DNA of 64,000 nt from Dipteris shenzhenensis (taxonomy: Eukaryota). Below, piece after piece: positions 1 through 14,288 of the stretch (positions within the stretch are counted from its first letter, which is position 1; the number at the start of each line of letters is the position of its first letter). Location of the stretch: assembly GCA_047967505.1 (NCBI GenBank), contig CM106538.1; one strand, 5' to 3'. Under the pieces are notes generated by a model. The model ran no database searches. It saw only the letters and a program-made list of their open reading frames with translations, and was not told the origin of the DNA. Position numbers and translations under genes: made by a program.

Positions 1-512
1 AAGCTATGCCGTAAAAAATGGTTTAACCATAACTTGCACAATAAGGAATTGAAGGAAGGTAACCTCACTCTTTTATATAGCATTAGAAACACCAAGCACA
101 AGCTAAAGTATCATGGCATGGGTCCATATCGGTTGTAGAGATTACACCTTAGGGGTTTTGCAGAGTTGCAACCCTTGATGGTACTGAGATGGAGGGCTAC
201 ATTAATGGTAATAAGCTTAAGTGCTACTATGGCCCTTTAACATTGCAGACATTACAGGCCATCCATCGGGAAAGGGAATTAAAATTGGCAGTTGCTCGGA
301 TGAAGCAACAAGCATTACAAGAAGCTAGAGCATGTCAGGCTAAAGCGAAAAAATTAGGGCTTATATCAATTTATAAAGCATCCATGGAAGGGCTAAACCC
401 CATGGAGGACTTAACAGTTGCCCCCGGGAGGGTGCAAGCCAATTTTCAATTGTGCAGGGAAACAATATGCTCGGCCGATGCTTTCATTGATCTGCGTCTA
501 GCCACAACTTGA
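1..512 (+). mobile_element. Ty3/Gypsy integrase C-terminal (GPY/F) remnant; element continues left of the window
   Basis: Translation KLKYHGMGPYRL...LDGTEMEGYINGNKLKCYYG is typical of the GPY/F tail of plant Gypsy integrases; interrupted by a stop and frameshift. Confidence 0.7.
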
Positions 513-1242
513 GCTCATACGACATGTGTACTCAACTCCTAACATTCAAGGTCAATTTTATGTTATGCCAGAAGGTGCCATGGATGAACAGGTCATTCTA
601 GAAGGACATGATGTTGGGCAGTCAATTGCCAAAATGATTGGCAAGGGCGTATGACCACCCTAACTAACGACATCCGCACTTCAGTGGTCTAATGGCTTCC
701 TCATGTACTACAGCCGCTACTCCAAATCCAACTGTAGCTACGCCAACAAAGTATGATGGGCCTACCTTAGCTATAGTGAGTGCACATAAGGGCAAGTGCT
801 TGTATTGGCACTCGAAGGATACAGTCTCATCTTCCAATGCTAAGATACATTTCTGCCTCTCCATTCTCCCGTTCCGCCCGTGAAAGCTACAACCACACAC
901 TCGAAGAGAAACAATTCAAGAAGACGCCAACCAACAAAGGGTTAGCGAAAGTGCCATTACAGGTGGGTACCAAAGCGGCTATTGGAAGCCCAAGGATTCT
1001 ATTAGGGCAATAGCTTCATAAGGGTGCCCAAGGCACGCATGTCTCTAGTTGCTACCACTCGACATCCTACATCATCTATGACACGGGCCACAGTAGTAAC
1101 ACGAGAACCTACCTCCAAAAAAGAGGTAGCAATGCAAGAACCTATTGCTAGGACTTGACAGATCAACACAGCAAAAGTGAGACCACAGGAAACATCCATG
1201 TACCCTTGAGTAGTTATGTTATAGGAATCAGTAGCATGAGTT

Positions 1243-3430
1243 GTGATAGTTACACAAGAAACTGTCCCTAAGAATGGTGCAGTGACACAAGAACCTGTTG
1301 CACTTCAAGCAAAGGGCGAGACATACCACCTCAACCTCTGCCAAGCAGTGGAGTTTATTGATCGTTACAATATGGCAACGCGCACCACAAGCTGGCTACA
1401 TGTAGATGGTCTATACCATTTCTACCAGTTTACGATAGAGACATGTGTGCATTTAACCTCCCAGCGATCTCCCAACCTTTTGCAATGCTGCGTGTAATTG
1501 AAAAGCAGTTGGCAGCAGTGGTCCCCTACAACTCAAAGATACATTGGGGAGGGGTACCCATTAGTATCATTGAGAATAAGATGGTTTGTCATTTGCCAAG
1601 GTAGCCTGGGCAATCACACTGCTCGCCCGAATTCAACTAACTGAACACCATAGTGTTGTACTCCCAACTTCCTAGCACGTCTCATCAAAACCAAAGAAAT
1701 AAACTGGGCCGATTTTTTCTATGAGGAGATACTCACCGTTTACATCTGTGGTAGTGAAAAGATTGGAAACTCAATGTTCTTGATGCCGATCATCCATCAC
1801 CTCTCCAATGACCTCATTCTGGAAGGCTATGGTGATGCGAAAAAAGATATTGGTTTACGCTCAGCGCCCTCCACTAGGTCCATGCCCACAATGCCCTTGT
1901 TGAAGAAAAGAAGAGAGGAACAAAACTAGAGGGCACAAGAGGAAGCAGCCATCGCCAAAAGGTAGCAAGATGAAGAAGCAGCACGCAAGCTCCAAGAATA
2001 AGCAGCACGCAAGCTCCAGGAAGAAGAACAAGCTCGATGACAAAGAGAGGAGACAAAAAAGCAGCAAGCTCTAGCAAGATGAAGAAGCACCACGTAAGCT
2101 CTAGGAATAAGAACACACCCGATGACAAACAGAGGAGGCAGAAAAGCAACAACAAGATCTTCTCCCGTAGGCGGAACTTGAATGGCCCGAGCAGAGGAGG
2201 AACAAATAAAGTTGCAGAGACACTCGAACATCAACGAGATGAGAGTAGAATTTGAAAAGACCAATCGGCCAGGCGGAAGATATTACAAACCTAACTTAGG
2301 GGCCCAAGAGCCCAATGCCTTGCCATGGCCTCAGCATAGCAGCCAGTAGCAACTCCAAGACAACCACCTCCCCAACCCCCATTCCTTCCAAATGTGTATC
2401 AGCAGGCAAAGGTGTATTGCATGACACCTCTACTGAAGGATACCAGAATCTAATAAGGGAGGATAGAGATGTTGATGTAAAGGAGATATCATTTATGAAA
2501 TCTATCATCTCCCTCATAGCTGCTGCATAGAATGTTCTCCATCGGTGCCAAGAAGCCTTCATGCACCAATATGTGGTGGTAGTTCATACCATATGCAAAC
2601 TCCGGTAGATAGATGCTGCCCTTCAAAATGAGAAAGCTAATGGTAGAGGCCAATGGGCCGTGCAAGCAATTGAGATTGCCAAGGAATGGAACTAGAGCTA
2701 TAGCAGACCCAAGAGACCCTTGCTACCAAATGCTTCCACATAGACACCCTCTAGGCGGATTTCAAGGCATTGCAACAATGACAAGACACAATGGATCAAC
2801 AACATCTTGCTCGAGTCATGGTTGGGGAGAAAAGAGCACTAGAACTCCAAGTACATCAATAGGATGCACTGATAGAGCAGTTACATGCAGCTGCCCAACA
2901 AAGAGAACAACAAATATTGGCACTCCATGTGGACCTGCAGCGGCTCAGACATCATCCCCTCCAAAACAAGTACCATGCCTTCTCCACGAGAGGTTGCAGG
3001 ATCCACATTCTGTTTCACATCATGCACTGTTCACAACACCTACACTTATTTTTTGCACACACTAGCTGCCACTCTTCTTTTGCACAATATCCTTTGTGAG
3101 AACACTCTCACACTGCATGACCTCAATGAGGCCTTCCACCACACAACCGTCCAAGCACATCCACTTACAGTAATGGAGTATTTTCACAAAGATCTAGTTT
3201 TGGATGTTGACATGAATATCCTGACACTCTATTACCACCCCATTGTATACAATTTCATGGCGTGGACTAGATTGCTTCATGAATCTATCAACTTCTTAAT
3301 GACTATACCCCTTCTCGAGCTGGTCAAGCCCTCCTCCTCAGATGAAATCCTGACATTCTCCAACATAATCTCAAATGGATGCAAGGGTGCATTCAAAACG
3401 AGCTCATTTTTCATCGTTTGTTTAGGGTAG
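1243..3430 (+). pseudogene. Decayed extra ORF(s) in the 3' region of the plus-strand Gypsy (INWADFF motif, coiled-coil/EK-rich repeat)
   Basis: LIKTKEINWADFFYEEI near 1681-1732, followed by EEAAR-like repeats (1930-2250); located after the integrase, as for Athila/Tat-type extra ORFs. Confidence 0.35.
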
Positions 3431-4769
3431 CAAGTGAGAGATATCCCCCGACTTGTGTCATTTTCCTTTCTAATAATATTCTACAAGCCTATTAGAACAT
3501 GATTCATTTTCCTCACACCCCAACACAGTACCTGGCATAGGCCCTAGCTCCACCATCATGTGAGCACTCACACAAGCACGGGCCCACCACATAGCCCTCC
3601 ACTTCACAGCACGACACAGGGGACATGTAATAGTAGCCTCTTGAGGAAGAAGGACCAGAAGACATGGGTAATGGTACAACATCCTTAATCCCATGCTCTT
3701 CTCCAACTTGGAGGACCCATATGAAGAGGAGCTTGAAGAAGAAGTAGCCCAGCATCCGCCATATGAAGAAGACCAGCAGCCGTTGTACGAATCCACTTCC
3801 GACCATGACACTTGGTATGAGGTGATCACTTCATTCAGAATGGTTAAGGATGTGGCAGATGTAAATCGATGGAAAGGAAAGCTGTAGAGCTTTCACCTCA
3901 CTTGAAAGACATAATGGAGGTGACACCTCTCACTGAGCTCATCCAACACAGCTTTCATAAGCGGTGGTAGGAGAATGATCGACAAACACAGCGAGGATAC
4001 GGCTGACCTGACTACAAGCAAGTGCCCCAAGCCGATGGCGATATTGGTGTCCAACCTCAATGGCGGGTTCCGTTTTTGAAACACAATGTTTTGGAGGACT
4101 TACTATTGCACGGGGCTCGACCCCACATACATGCCACATCACCAATGATGGAGTTGGCCAAATTTTGAGATGTGAGGCACAAATCCCAATATTGTGTACA
4201 ACTTTCCTCACTTTGACTTGCCTGAGGTTGTCTCTTCACTAGATTTGGCTTCCTGGATGAAAGAGTTCAACACTACATTCGCAACCATCCTCCCTAATCA
4301 AGCAGTTGTGGCCACCATGCATTTTTTCTGATTGCTCATCATTTTGCTCCGAGATCTCCCCACCCTCGATCTACCAAGGAAATAACATCACCAACGGTGG
4401 CGGCAATTGCATATCGAACTTGTATTTGACTTAAATGAGGGGCCTTTATCACCTCAAGTGGTGATGCACTCATATGTAAGTGCCCAAAATCTTCATGGTC
4501 ATCACATCCAGACCTTTGAACACTATTGGCTCTTTCCCATGGCTTCCACAGGAAGAGCTGGGTATTCTCAATATGCAGAGTTTCAAGGCTTTTTGTCACC
4601 TACAGATATATCGGGGTTGTTGTTTGTAGTATTCATGTAGCTTAGGACCTCGAGTTGTATTCCGGTGAGAGACGTAGGCTTAAGTGTGGTAAGCAAACAT
4701 AGTGCATGCATGTGTAAAAGGAACATGTATCATCGTGGTTGAGGTAATGAAGGCTTTTGTCTTCATTGG

Positions 4770-5109
4770 GGGTTGCAAGGTTTAGGAGGAGTTTAAGGGT
4801 TAGACGGAGGTTCTAGGGTTTAGAAGAGGTTCTAGGGTTAGAAGGAGTTCCAAGGTTTAGAAGGAGGTTCCAAGGTTTAGAGAGAGGTTTTAGAGTTTAG
4901 AAGGAGGTTCCAGAGTTTAGAAGAGGTTCCAAGGTTTAGAGTAGAGTACATGGTGGAGAACTCGTCTCCCCTGTAGATCATGGAGCTTAAGGGTTGAGGA
5001 ACTAAGGGTTTTGGGGGAGCATAGGAGTGGGAGAGGAAGAAGGTGTAAGAGCATGGGGGAAAGAAGAGAGAGGAGGGAGGAGGAGGAGGGAGGAGGAGGG
5101 ACGAGGGAG

Positions 5110-5144
<35 letters not shown>

Positions 5145-5275
5145 GGAGGGAGGAGGATGAGGAAGAGGGAGGAGGAGAAGGGAGGAGGAGGGAGGAGAAG
5201 GGAGGAGGAGGGAGGAGGAGAGGGAGAGGATGGGTTGCAAGGTTGGAGGAGAGGGGAGGAGGAGTTGCAAGGTTA
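4770..5275. repeat. ~20-bp tandem repeat (tttagaaggaggttccaagg) followed by a (GGA)n low-complexity tract
   Basis: Directly visible; explains the Pro/Ser- and Arg/Glu/Gly-rich spurious ORFs here. Confidence 0.85.
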
Positions 5276-5454
5276 GGACATGCTTTTGGACGTGGAGTGC
5301 AAGGAAGCATGGACACTTGAGACAATTTCTTGGAATACCAAAGTAGAACTCAACACAATGCCCCAAAGAGTGTGGGCTTCATTCCATTATGGGGTATTTA
5401 TACAAGTTGGAGAGCTTCTCTCTCTGCATGTAGGAATTGTAAGACATTCTCTCT

Positions 5455-5650
5455 CTACATGTAGAACTTGCATATAGAAGTTGCATGTAGGAGTTGCAAG
5501 CTGCATGTAGGAGTTGCATTTAGAACTCGCATGTAGGAGTTGCATGTAGAACTCGCATGTAGAACTCACATGTAGGAGTTGCATGTATGAGTTGCATGTA
5601 GAACTCGCATGTAGGAATCGTATGTAGAACTTGCATGTAGAACATGCAAG
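5455..5650. repeat. Minisatellite of 13-14-bp units (catgtagaactcg / catgtaggagttg)
   Basis: About a dozen alternating copies visible. Confidence 0.9.
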
Positions 5651-5766
5651 TTGGATTTCTAAGAGGGATTATTTCTAGCCTTATGCAAGTACAAATGGAG
5701 CTTTGCCGCTACTCTACACACACATTCTGTACTACCTAAGTCCATGTTGGCATAGAGACAACATAC

Positions 5767-8700
5767 TCATGGATCCATTTTATTACCCGTCCTTGGGTTA
5801 TGGCTTATTATGAGCACGTGCCTAGATTGCCATGCCTTTAGTCCAGTGGTTGTGGAACTTGTGTCATGCCAGTCGATCCTGCTGTAAAGCCTTGGCACCA
5901 TACAATTTTTGCGCTCAGTTTCCAGGTAGCCTGTATCCACCATTTGTTCGAACAGAGATATTGGCATGCATCTAAGAAGATCACTCTTTGATAGAGTCGA
6001 CTTGCAATCTGAGCATCGACCCGTTCATTGGGATTGAAACTGAGTGGAGGCAAATGGGTATCGAGGTAACATGGGACCTCCAGAATGAATTCCAATGTTT
6101 TACAGAATATAGCACTTAGGCGAAGGAAGCGTTCAATGTTGCCGTGCATTATTTGCTCATGCTGCTGAAGTGCTCGGATCATTGTGCCTTGGATATTCAA
6201 TTTTACACCAGAGTATGGTTAGATCATTGGCCAATTAATGGTTCAATCTTCATCCAAAGTGTGTATGTTGGTTTCCCATTTTTTACGTCGTGGAACTGCA
6301 TAGAACTTGGGATGGGTTCTAAGACATGGAGGTGCATGTAGGTACTCCTTCAAAAAGATTACATCAAAGAGCTTGGGACGGCACCAATCAGGTTGTGGAT
6401 CCAACTTGTTAATTCAACCTTCACTAATTTGATGTTGACGAAGGTTGGTAGGAAAATTGTCCAGGGTCCATCCACCTCGACTTTTCATATCAGGATATTT
6501 GCTCCAAAATTCCTTGATAGGGTTACTGGGAAGTGGTATCTCATCAAAATCATACCCATCATTGGAACTTGGCATGGGAGTACGAATTGGATTATCTGGA
6601 TCCTGATATTCAAAATCAAATACTGTGTCATTTTCTATTGATGGAAGCACAAGTAGTGTCGGAGGTGATGACGGTGCAGGGAGGGAATCTGGGGACATGG
6701 GGGAGAAATATGGAAGAGTGTTATTTGCGAAAGGGGGAGCAGAGGGGAGGGGGGGAAGAACTGGACAAATGGTTTGAGCAGCTTGGTAATCCTCAAGGGT
6801 AGGATAAGCAAGGGAGGGGAAGAAGCTAGGTGTGAGTGACTCGTAAGTTTGTGACTATTGGGTTAGTTGAAAATGGTGAGAGGCATGAGCAAAGAGACGA
6901 TGGAGGGAATAGATGTTAGGATGGAGCTCGAGGAAGGTTAAGAGGGTGGTAGCAGCAAGGGTAAGTGAGGTTATGAGGTTGGTAGAGAGAGTGGTTAGAT
7001 ATGGGAAGTTGGATGTGAGGTAGGCCCTATCATCTTTCGACACTTCTTTTTTTGGTGCGATGGGATCATCAGCTGCATGGGTGGGATGTCGGTTATGTCG
7101 TGCCTTGCAAATAATAGTGATGGCCTTTGTAGCAATGGCAACAAACCAACAATAACCCTGAGGGGAGGACTACCCATGAGGCATACATATGCAATGAAAG
7201 CATCCGTCTTGAGTGCTAAAGGCAGAAGATATTTTTCTCATCTTCGGACAAGTCTTGGAAAATTATGCATAGAGTTTTGGTCCCTATGGAGCATTCCCAT
7301 TTGATTGTTGGATGAGTAGGTATGATCCTGATTTAGAGTTGCTTCCATTGGATAAACACGTGTGCGTTGAGGTGATCTTCCACTTGTAGAGCAGCCACAA
7401 GCTCTTGGTACACCACCGTTGTGCATTGTAGTGGGGCTTCATTGGTGTTGTCTTCCAATGCCTCATTGTTGTGCACTAGCACTTGGAGTTCAAACTTGGA
7501 GATGATTTTCTTTTGGGAATGCATCTCATTCAGTTTTTCTTTGTATTGTTGGTAGATGGTTGTATATGCCTCCTTAGGCTTTCTCATTTGCAAGGTGACC
7601 TTTGCCTGTTGAGGAATGGCTTCAGTGGTATTGGACCATTGGTCCAAGACTTGTGCTTGTGAAGTGCTAGTTGCATGAGCAGTAGCAAGTTGGTCCTTTA
7701 AGATTCCACATTCCCTTGTAAGCTCGTCAATGCTAAAGGCTCGTACTGCCAAAGATTGTTTCATGTCTTCAAGGTTGTCTTTGCAATCCAGGAGCTCTTC
7801 TTCTTTGTGAATTAGAGTGAGTCGAGCTTGTGCTACTCCGTCTGCTGAGCATGTGCATCCATGTCAAGGAGTTATAGTAGGTCTGTAGGATTGCCATTGC
7901 TTGTACTGCTGCCGTCAGTTGTGTTTGACTTTGGTGGAGGTTGGAGGTTACATCCCTCACTGCCTTTTCTTGAGCTTGGAGAGCTTGGTTCATGCACACT
8001 TCTTCTACCTCCTTCTCATCTATTTGCGCCCGAAGTGCCTTGACCTCTATGGCAATTGCCTAGAATTGGTCTTCGATTTCTGTTGCAGTCTGTCTGTCCA
8101 ATTCTCTTGCATATTCTTCTTTGGCCAAGCTATTGAATAGTTCTGACATTTGGATCATTTGGCTAGCTTGATGTTGGAGAATGACAGACGGTGATAAGGA
8201 CTAGGGATACTGCTGATGCAAGTGGTGCCCATGTAGCCATCCCGATGATTCTATAGTACTTGGGGGAGGTTGTTCCAATGGTATTTCAGTCCCTTGTGTA
8301 CAATAGTGATACTGTTGATTTGGCACTAGCTCCCCTTATGGCTCATCGACTGGCATGGCGTCTATGGGCGGTTCTAGTGATGATGATGTAGCCGCAGGCT
8401 CTGGTGCCGATCTTTCCTCAGGTTCTGGTGCCGATCTTACCTCGGGCTGTAGTTGTGAAGTTGTCATTGGAGATATATTGGTTGCAGTTGTGCACCGAGC
8501 TATAGCATCTCGTGGGGCAATTCCTCAATCTCGACCTCTAGAATAGGTATTTCTTCTAAGGCATCTGCACTTATCAATGTGATAGTAGGAGAAGTTGGTG
8601 ATGGCTCTCATACTGGTGAGAAGGGTATGTCCAACTCCTCAATTGATTTTGGTGACTGGGGCAGAGTCATTTCTCTTTCTTGTAGCTCTTTTTTTATGAT

Positions 8701-9400
8701 TATAGCCAATAAGTGTGGAATTTTACATTTTTGGCTTGATGAACCATCTAGTTTCTTTGTAAAGAAGATGACTAAGTGTTGGACCCAGTCTTGTTTTAGC
8801 TTCCTACTCAGGAAAACAAATGTGCAGAGTGGAAGGGATCGATTCTTGCTGCACTTAACCCCAGGATTGTGGATAGGAGTTGTGATGCTTCCTTGAGGTG
8901 ATGGTTAAGGATTGTGCGAAGCAATATGCCGTCCCTATGGAACAGTGTGCCCTTGGTGGTGTGCCCTTGGTGAGGAGAGATTGTACTTTAAGAAACTTTA
9001 CATTGGTAGGCCGTGTAGAGTATTTGGCACCGTGTATTGGTAGTGAGAAAGCCCTTTGAATGACTGTAGTATCGAGGATAATGTTTAATGGGCTTTGATG
9101 TACAGTGATTGTACCGTACTTGCCAACCTTCGCATTGCTGGAGTGGTAAGAATGGAGAAAGTCCCTGATGTATATGGTCATTGTAGGACTGTTCTCCAAG
9201 GATTTTAGGCTCTCATGCAAACTGCCTAGACCCCTTTGCTCTAAGTAAGATGTTGCTTCTGGGAAAGAGCATAAGTCGATGTGGGTGGCCAAACAAGTTC
9301 CAGTGACTAGGCCCCGTCAATGGTTGTGTAGGCCGATGGTGACTGGGGTGGCATTTTTTCTTCTTGGTCATGCATTGAATCCTCTTCGGAGCTATCACTA
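5767..9400 (-). pseudogene. Decayed extra ORFs in the 3' region of the minus-strand Gypsy (coiled-coil and unknown domains)
   Basis: Chain of collinear minus ORFs (8855-9292, 7769-7999, 7333-7764, 6414-6698, 5838-6200) downstream of the integrase-tail remnant; separated by stops and frameshifts. Confidence 0.4.
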
Positions 9401-9889
9401 TGGACCACAAATGCCTATGGTCATCGTGGTTAAGAGGATGTAGATGGCTGCGAACTCTGGAGGGAGTCTCGTGGTGGTTGAGGCAGTGGGCTCTTTCTAC
9501 GCATCCTCTTTAGTGGCGGCATCTTTCCTGAACCTGCATCCATGTGCATGTAGTGTACCATTGATCATTAGATTGGTTGGCATGCAGGTATGATCTTTCT
9601 ATGTGTTTGTGGGAGATCTTATTTTTATACATGCTTTGAGAGTGTGGAATGAAAGTGTGTGGTACAATTATTCATGCAATCATCTATGTCTCTAAGCATA
9701 AGCGTGTGAGTGCAGGTGACCTAGTAGCTAGGTAGGGACTAACTATATGCTTTTTTTATTGCTGGGATTTTCATAGGGCAGCTAGAACTCAAGCATCACT
9801 TATGAGAGCCCTAGGTTAAAATCGATTGATGCTACCTATATGTGCGAAGACGTACATATGCAAGTGAGTGCTCGTGATATAATCTAATC

Positions 9890-12800
9890 CTAACTAAGGA
9901 AGACTTGGTTTCCCAAATCTTTGTTTTTGTCGGGGATGGCTTGCGTGTTGAAGTAGTAGCACTTCAGTCGGCTCCCGTTTATTATTGTGTTGAATTGGAC
10001 TCCATCCAATGTTTCTAGCAGCACAGCTCTGATGGGATTCAAGCCCTGCACAGCACTTTGAGGTGCTTGCTTGGCTGCTAGCTCCACTTGAAGATATTTG
10101 GTCCAATTCACCTGTGCTCCCTTGTTGTTCTTTTTTATTACTACTCACCATTTCACTCTTCATTCTCACATTGGGTTTGAACTTTCTAAGCTTTTTGCTT
10201 TGTGAGACCAGTGATGGATTTTCAATAGGAGTCGCACTTCCAAGGAGTGGTTCTTCAGCCATACAAACACCTTTAAGCCCTTTAGGATCCCGTTTAAAAT
10301 TTGGGGACTCAGGTGCTTTTGTGGGCTTAGTTAAGTATAATTTAACCACTTTGGTCTACATTCTTTCGAATTCGTTGAAGTGCTCTATCTTGGCCTTTTG
10401 GCGCTGTACACCCTCCTTTTTTTTCCTGGACCAATTGCTATTAGATTGTGATGGAGGGTCGATCTTGGGGTATTCAATGGCCATGAGTCCCTGTAGGATT
10501 GCCAAGTCATTGTCAAATACTTGGTCTTCCAAGGATGCATTATCAGCTTCTGTTTCCAGATCCCACTCTATGTCGGCACCGTAGCCTTCTATTATGGACT
10601 CTTCAGGGTCACTGTCCCATTCGATGCCTATCATGAAGACTGACATTTCCACTACTTCTAATTCATAGTCCCATATTGGTGCATCTAGTTGTATCATTTG
10701 AGCATCCACATATGGAAACATTAGATGTGTTGTTTTACAATTATCTATTGTAGCCAGCGTCTGTAGCCAATTATTGATGTCACTTTGTGTATCCCCTTCT
10801 ATGGGATTTTGTGCATTAGTAGGTATAGGGGATGCATGACTGGTGGTTGTAGTGGAAGAGGTGTCTTCAACATTTTTAAGAATAGTGGGTTTGATTTCCC
10901 CTATTCCCAGATTTATCTTGACAGTGGTTTCTCTATTTTGGATAGTGATCCTATCGGTGCCCCAATCACGGAGTACCGAATCTTCCCATAGCCATGGTCT
11001 TCTCAACAATATCTAGTATGCTATGGCGCCCTTGGGAAGATCCAAGATAGTAAACTAGAGCATGAATCTTACTCCAGCAATTTTTGTTAACACATTGTCA
11101 ACGATACCTAATGGCTTCATTTTTGTGTGGTCAGCTAGGCGGATGTTAAATGTGGCCTTCCTGCATTGGAGGTAGGCCTCATTCTTCATATAGCTCTCTT
11201 GCCAGAATGTTTACTCTGGCTCCACCGTCCACTATTGTCGAGTATTGACCAAAGGCTTTATGCTCTAGCGGGATGGTTACATTTTTTATGTCATCCCGAG
11301 CACCAAATTTTACCTAAATTACCTTTTTCTCTTCTTCAAGTGGGGGGAAGTATTGTGAAGATTCGATCCATCCCTTGAAACTTTCCCACATTATAGGGCA
11401 ATTTCTTAGTAAGGTCCCAATTGGCATTGTGATTGGGCAGCTTATTAAGCTTGCTAGTGCGGTGCCATCCAATTGGGGATGTTTTGCATGTTGCTCTATT
11501 ACCTCTTGGAAGTTGTTGGGATCAATCACTGTGTCAATGCTGGGTACTGATGGTGCTCTGACTTTTGCTGCTACCATCCTATCTGCCTCAAATTTTTCTT
11601 GTTCTTATTGAACCCATTGCTTCAAGGCTTGGTAGCGTGTCTTTTCAGTTTCAACATTAGGGTATGCTTCCTTAGCTCCTTGGGTGGCACTTTCTGTGGA
11701 TGTGCTAGGCATTGTCTCATTGTGTTGTGGGATTGGCATGCCTTGTTTTGCCAGAGGGGTCTTTGCTTTTTGAGCGAAAATCAGTTTTTACTGTGCTGCT
11801 TCTTTCTGCTATCTTGCTATGATCAAGACTTGCTGTGACGCCACACTTTGTGTTACCACACTGTGATTTTTCACACTTATCATTCCTAGGGTTACATCAG
11901 GTTTGACTTCCGTGGTTGGTTGAGGCTTTGTTCTTAGTGGGCAATCCATGCAAGCATGCCCAACTCCACATTCCCTGCACACAGGTTGGAATGAAGTGGG
12001 GTTACCGCTATGTGGTGGTTTTCTCCACAACCAAAACACTTGATGGGTGTTTGATATGTGGTGGGCCTTACTTGATTAGCATACACCGGGATTAGTCCTT
12101 CAGCACCATCCATGTAGTACATAGGGTATTCTATTTCATACTCATAGTGAGGTTCCAGCCCTTCAGTTTGGAGTTGTTGCACCGGAACTACTGAAGCAAG
12201 ATTGGGAGCCCGTGAATATTGCAGAGGATTGGGATTCCTCATTAGTTGAGGCACTTGTGTTCTCACCGGGAGTGGGTTGAGATGTGACACTTGTGCATTA
12301 GGTGCCAGTCCCAGTTGTCAGTACACTGGGATTTATGGCGACCGTTGGTATTGTTGGGACCGGGGTTGTGCTACCCTCATATTGTAGAAACAAGTATTTA
12401 CATCATGCCCTGCAACATTGCAAATGGGGCACTATAAGCGTGGGGGCTGAGCCACTTCTGGTGGGTTGAGTCTGTTCCTCAAGATTGGGCATTCATTGGT
12501 TGTATGGTTGGCCATACAATGTGGGCACCAAACATTTTCTTTGCATGGGTACTGTGGTGGCTGAGAGACACGCAACTTTTGCTCGATGGCCTGCATCATT
12601 TCTTCTTTTACTCTTAGGGCCATGGCTTCCACTCTGTCTTCGGTGGTGCGATATGTGGGAAGTACTTCCCTTCTTTGAAGATTTCTTGTCACGTTGACTT
12701 GATTTATAGCCATCACTGTCACTGTTATAATCGATCATGCCATCCTCAATGTCAATTACAGCTTCATGAGCATCACTAAAATGTGCGTAGCTATTGACTT

Positions 12801-13229
12801 TTTTCATGTCCTTGTGAATGGATTTTTTCTGACCAGAGATGAACCATGCTATGAGGTACTTGTCGTCCGGATGGGGTTCACATTTTGCTATTGATCTTTT
12901 CATTCTTCCCAGGTATGTTCTGACCTTTTCTTTCTTGTGCATATCGGGAACCAAGCAGCTTTGGTTTCATTTGACTGGTCGCCTCCAGCACAACATGCTG
13001 CATTGAAGAGTTGAAGGAACCTGGCAGGGTCCCCTCGTCTATTGTACTTTGGCATTTCCAATCTACTAAAGTGTCGTCTGCCATTGTTCTTGTTGTTGTG
13101 GTGGTGTTGTTCTTTAAGGTGTTCTAAAGGATTTTGATCGTCGCTGCTCATTGCTTCTTCAATTGTTATGTCCTCCATGCTACTTGTCGATGGTGAGAGG
13201 TTGAATTCTTGAAGAGCGTCGAGAACCAA
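9890..13229 (-). mobile_element. Ty3/Gypsy gag-protease plus integrase tail; RT, RNaseH and integrase core absent (non-autonomous or deleted)
   Basis: Gag-like LEMPKYNRRGDPARFLQLF; four Zn knuckles (CPHCMANHTTNEC, CPICNVAGHDVNTC, CFGCGENHH, CRECGVGHACMDC); retropepsin IVDGGA (~11220-11235) ... ILLRRPWL; tail LETLDGVQFNTIINGSRLKCYY. Confidence 0.75.
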
Positions 13230-13719
13230 AGAAAGCTCGCAAAAGTATGCAGGGGCTAGTCTTCATCCAGATCCGAGGTGCATAAATAAGTCCTATTTGT
13301 GACTTTCAGGTGGGTGCATATGATTGCAAAGTCCGATTATAATTTTGACCTTCATGGACCCGAAAATGGTAAAAAATAAGTAAGAAATAGGTCGAAATCA
13401 ATGCCTACATGAGGCGACTAACGGAGCCCAAAAAATTATGGTTAAACACTTCGAAAAATTTTATTTACAATAGATCTTTACGTGTGTGAAATCTAAGTTC
13501 AATCCGGGTGCAATTTGGTCTTTAAACGGCCATGATACAGGCTTTCAAAAAAGGAGTAAAATTGTTGGGGGGTTAGAGATAAGTTAGTGTCGTAGGGACC
13601 GTTGTGTTAAAAATGTACCTAGGAATGTTCCACATGAGTGGGAAGATGTGCCAATGCAGACAGATTGTCAATCGGAGGTCACGACAGAATCTTATGAGCG
13701 AATTAGTGCAAAAAAGGAA

Positions 13720-13745
13720 CCCACACGGGGGCACAAATTGATGCA
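13720..13745 (-). promoter_or_regulatory. Probable 5'-LTR end (...CATCA) and primer-binding site of the minus-strand Gypsy
   Basis: Minus strand reads GCATCA-ATTTGTGCCCCCGTGTGGG ~500 bp upstream of gag; the priming tRNA was not identified. Confidence 0.4.
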
Positions 13746-13933
13746 TGTTATGGATGCCTAAATGGTGTGGGATTGGCTAGAAAAAGTTCTCATACCTCAA
13801 TGGTTCTGTGTGTGAATTTGTGGTCTGATTTGTGTCCCAAATAAGCAAGTTATGGACCCTCAAAGTTAGGGGTAAAAAGGGTCCTTTTTTTAGGGGGGGT
13901 TCCTTGGCCTTAAGTTTCGTGTGCATGGTTCCA

Positions 13934-14288
13934 TGTGAAGATAGTGGGAGAGAGGGAAGGAGTCTCACTTGCGGCTTTCTCACATACACAATGGGGGAAT
14001 ACACACAAAGGTGGAGGTTGAAACCAGTTTTCCTCTTCTTAGTTGTGAAAGCCAAAAGAACTCTTGTACAAAGAAATAGAAGAAACCTATATGTGGGTCT
14101 CAAACCAAACTCAGCTAACTAAGGTGGCATACTAACTGAGCCACGAACTAGAGTACATAAGGATAGCTGTCATCCAGCTATTATTCATGGGCGGTGTACC
14201 AACCGCATCTACAGCTACTAACAAGTCGGTGACATAAATGCACAACGGTCACCCTGGCATATCACGAGTGGAGCTCGATATCTCAACA
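13934..14288 (-). repeat. Copia 3' LTR (355 bp)
   Basis: Near-identical to 19092-19444 (a handful of substitutions and two small indels). Confidence 0.97.

Noticed and set aside
4917-5366. Pro/Ser-rich and Arg/Glu-rich ORFs
   Set aside because: By-products of the (GGA)n low-complexity tract
5455-5650. CRISPR-like appearance of short repeats
   Set aside because: No unique spacers or cas genes; eukaryotic minisatellite
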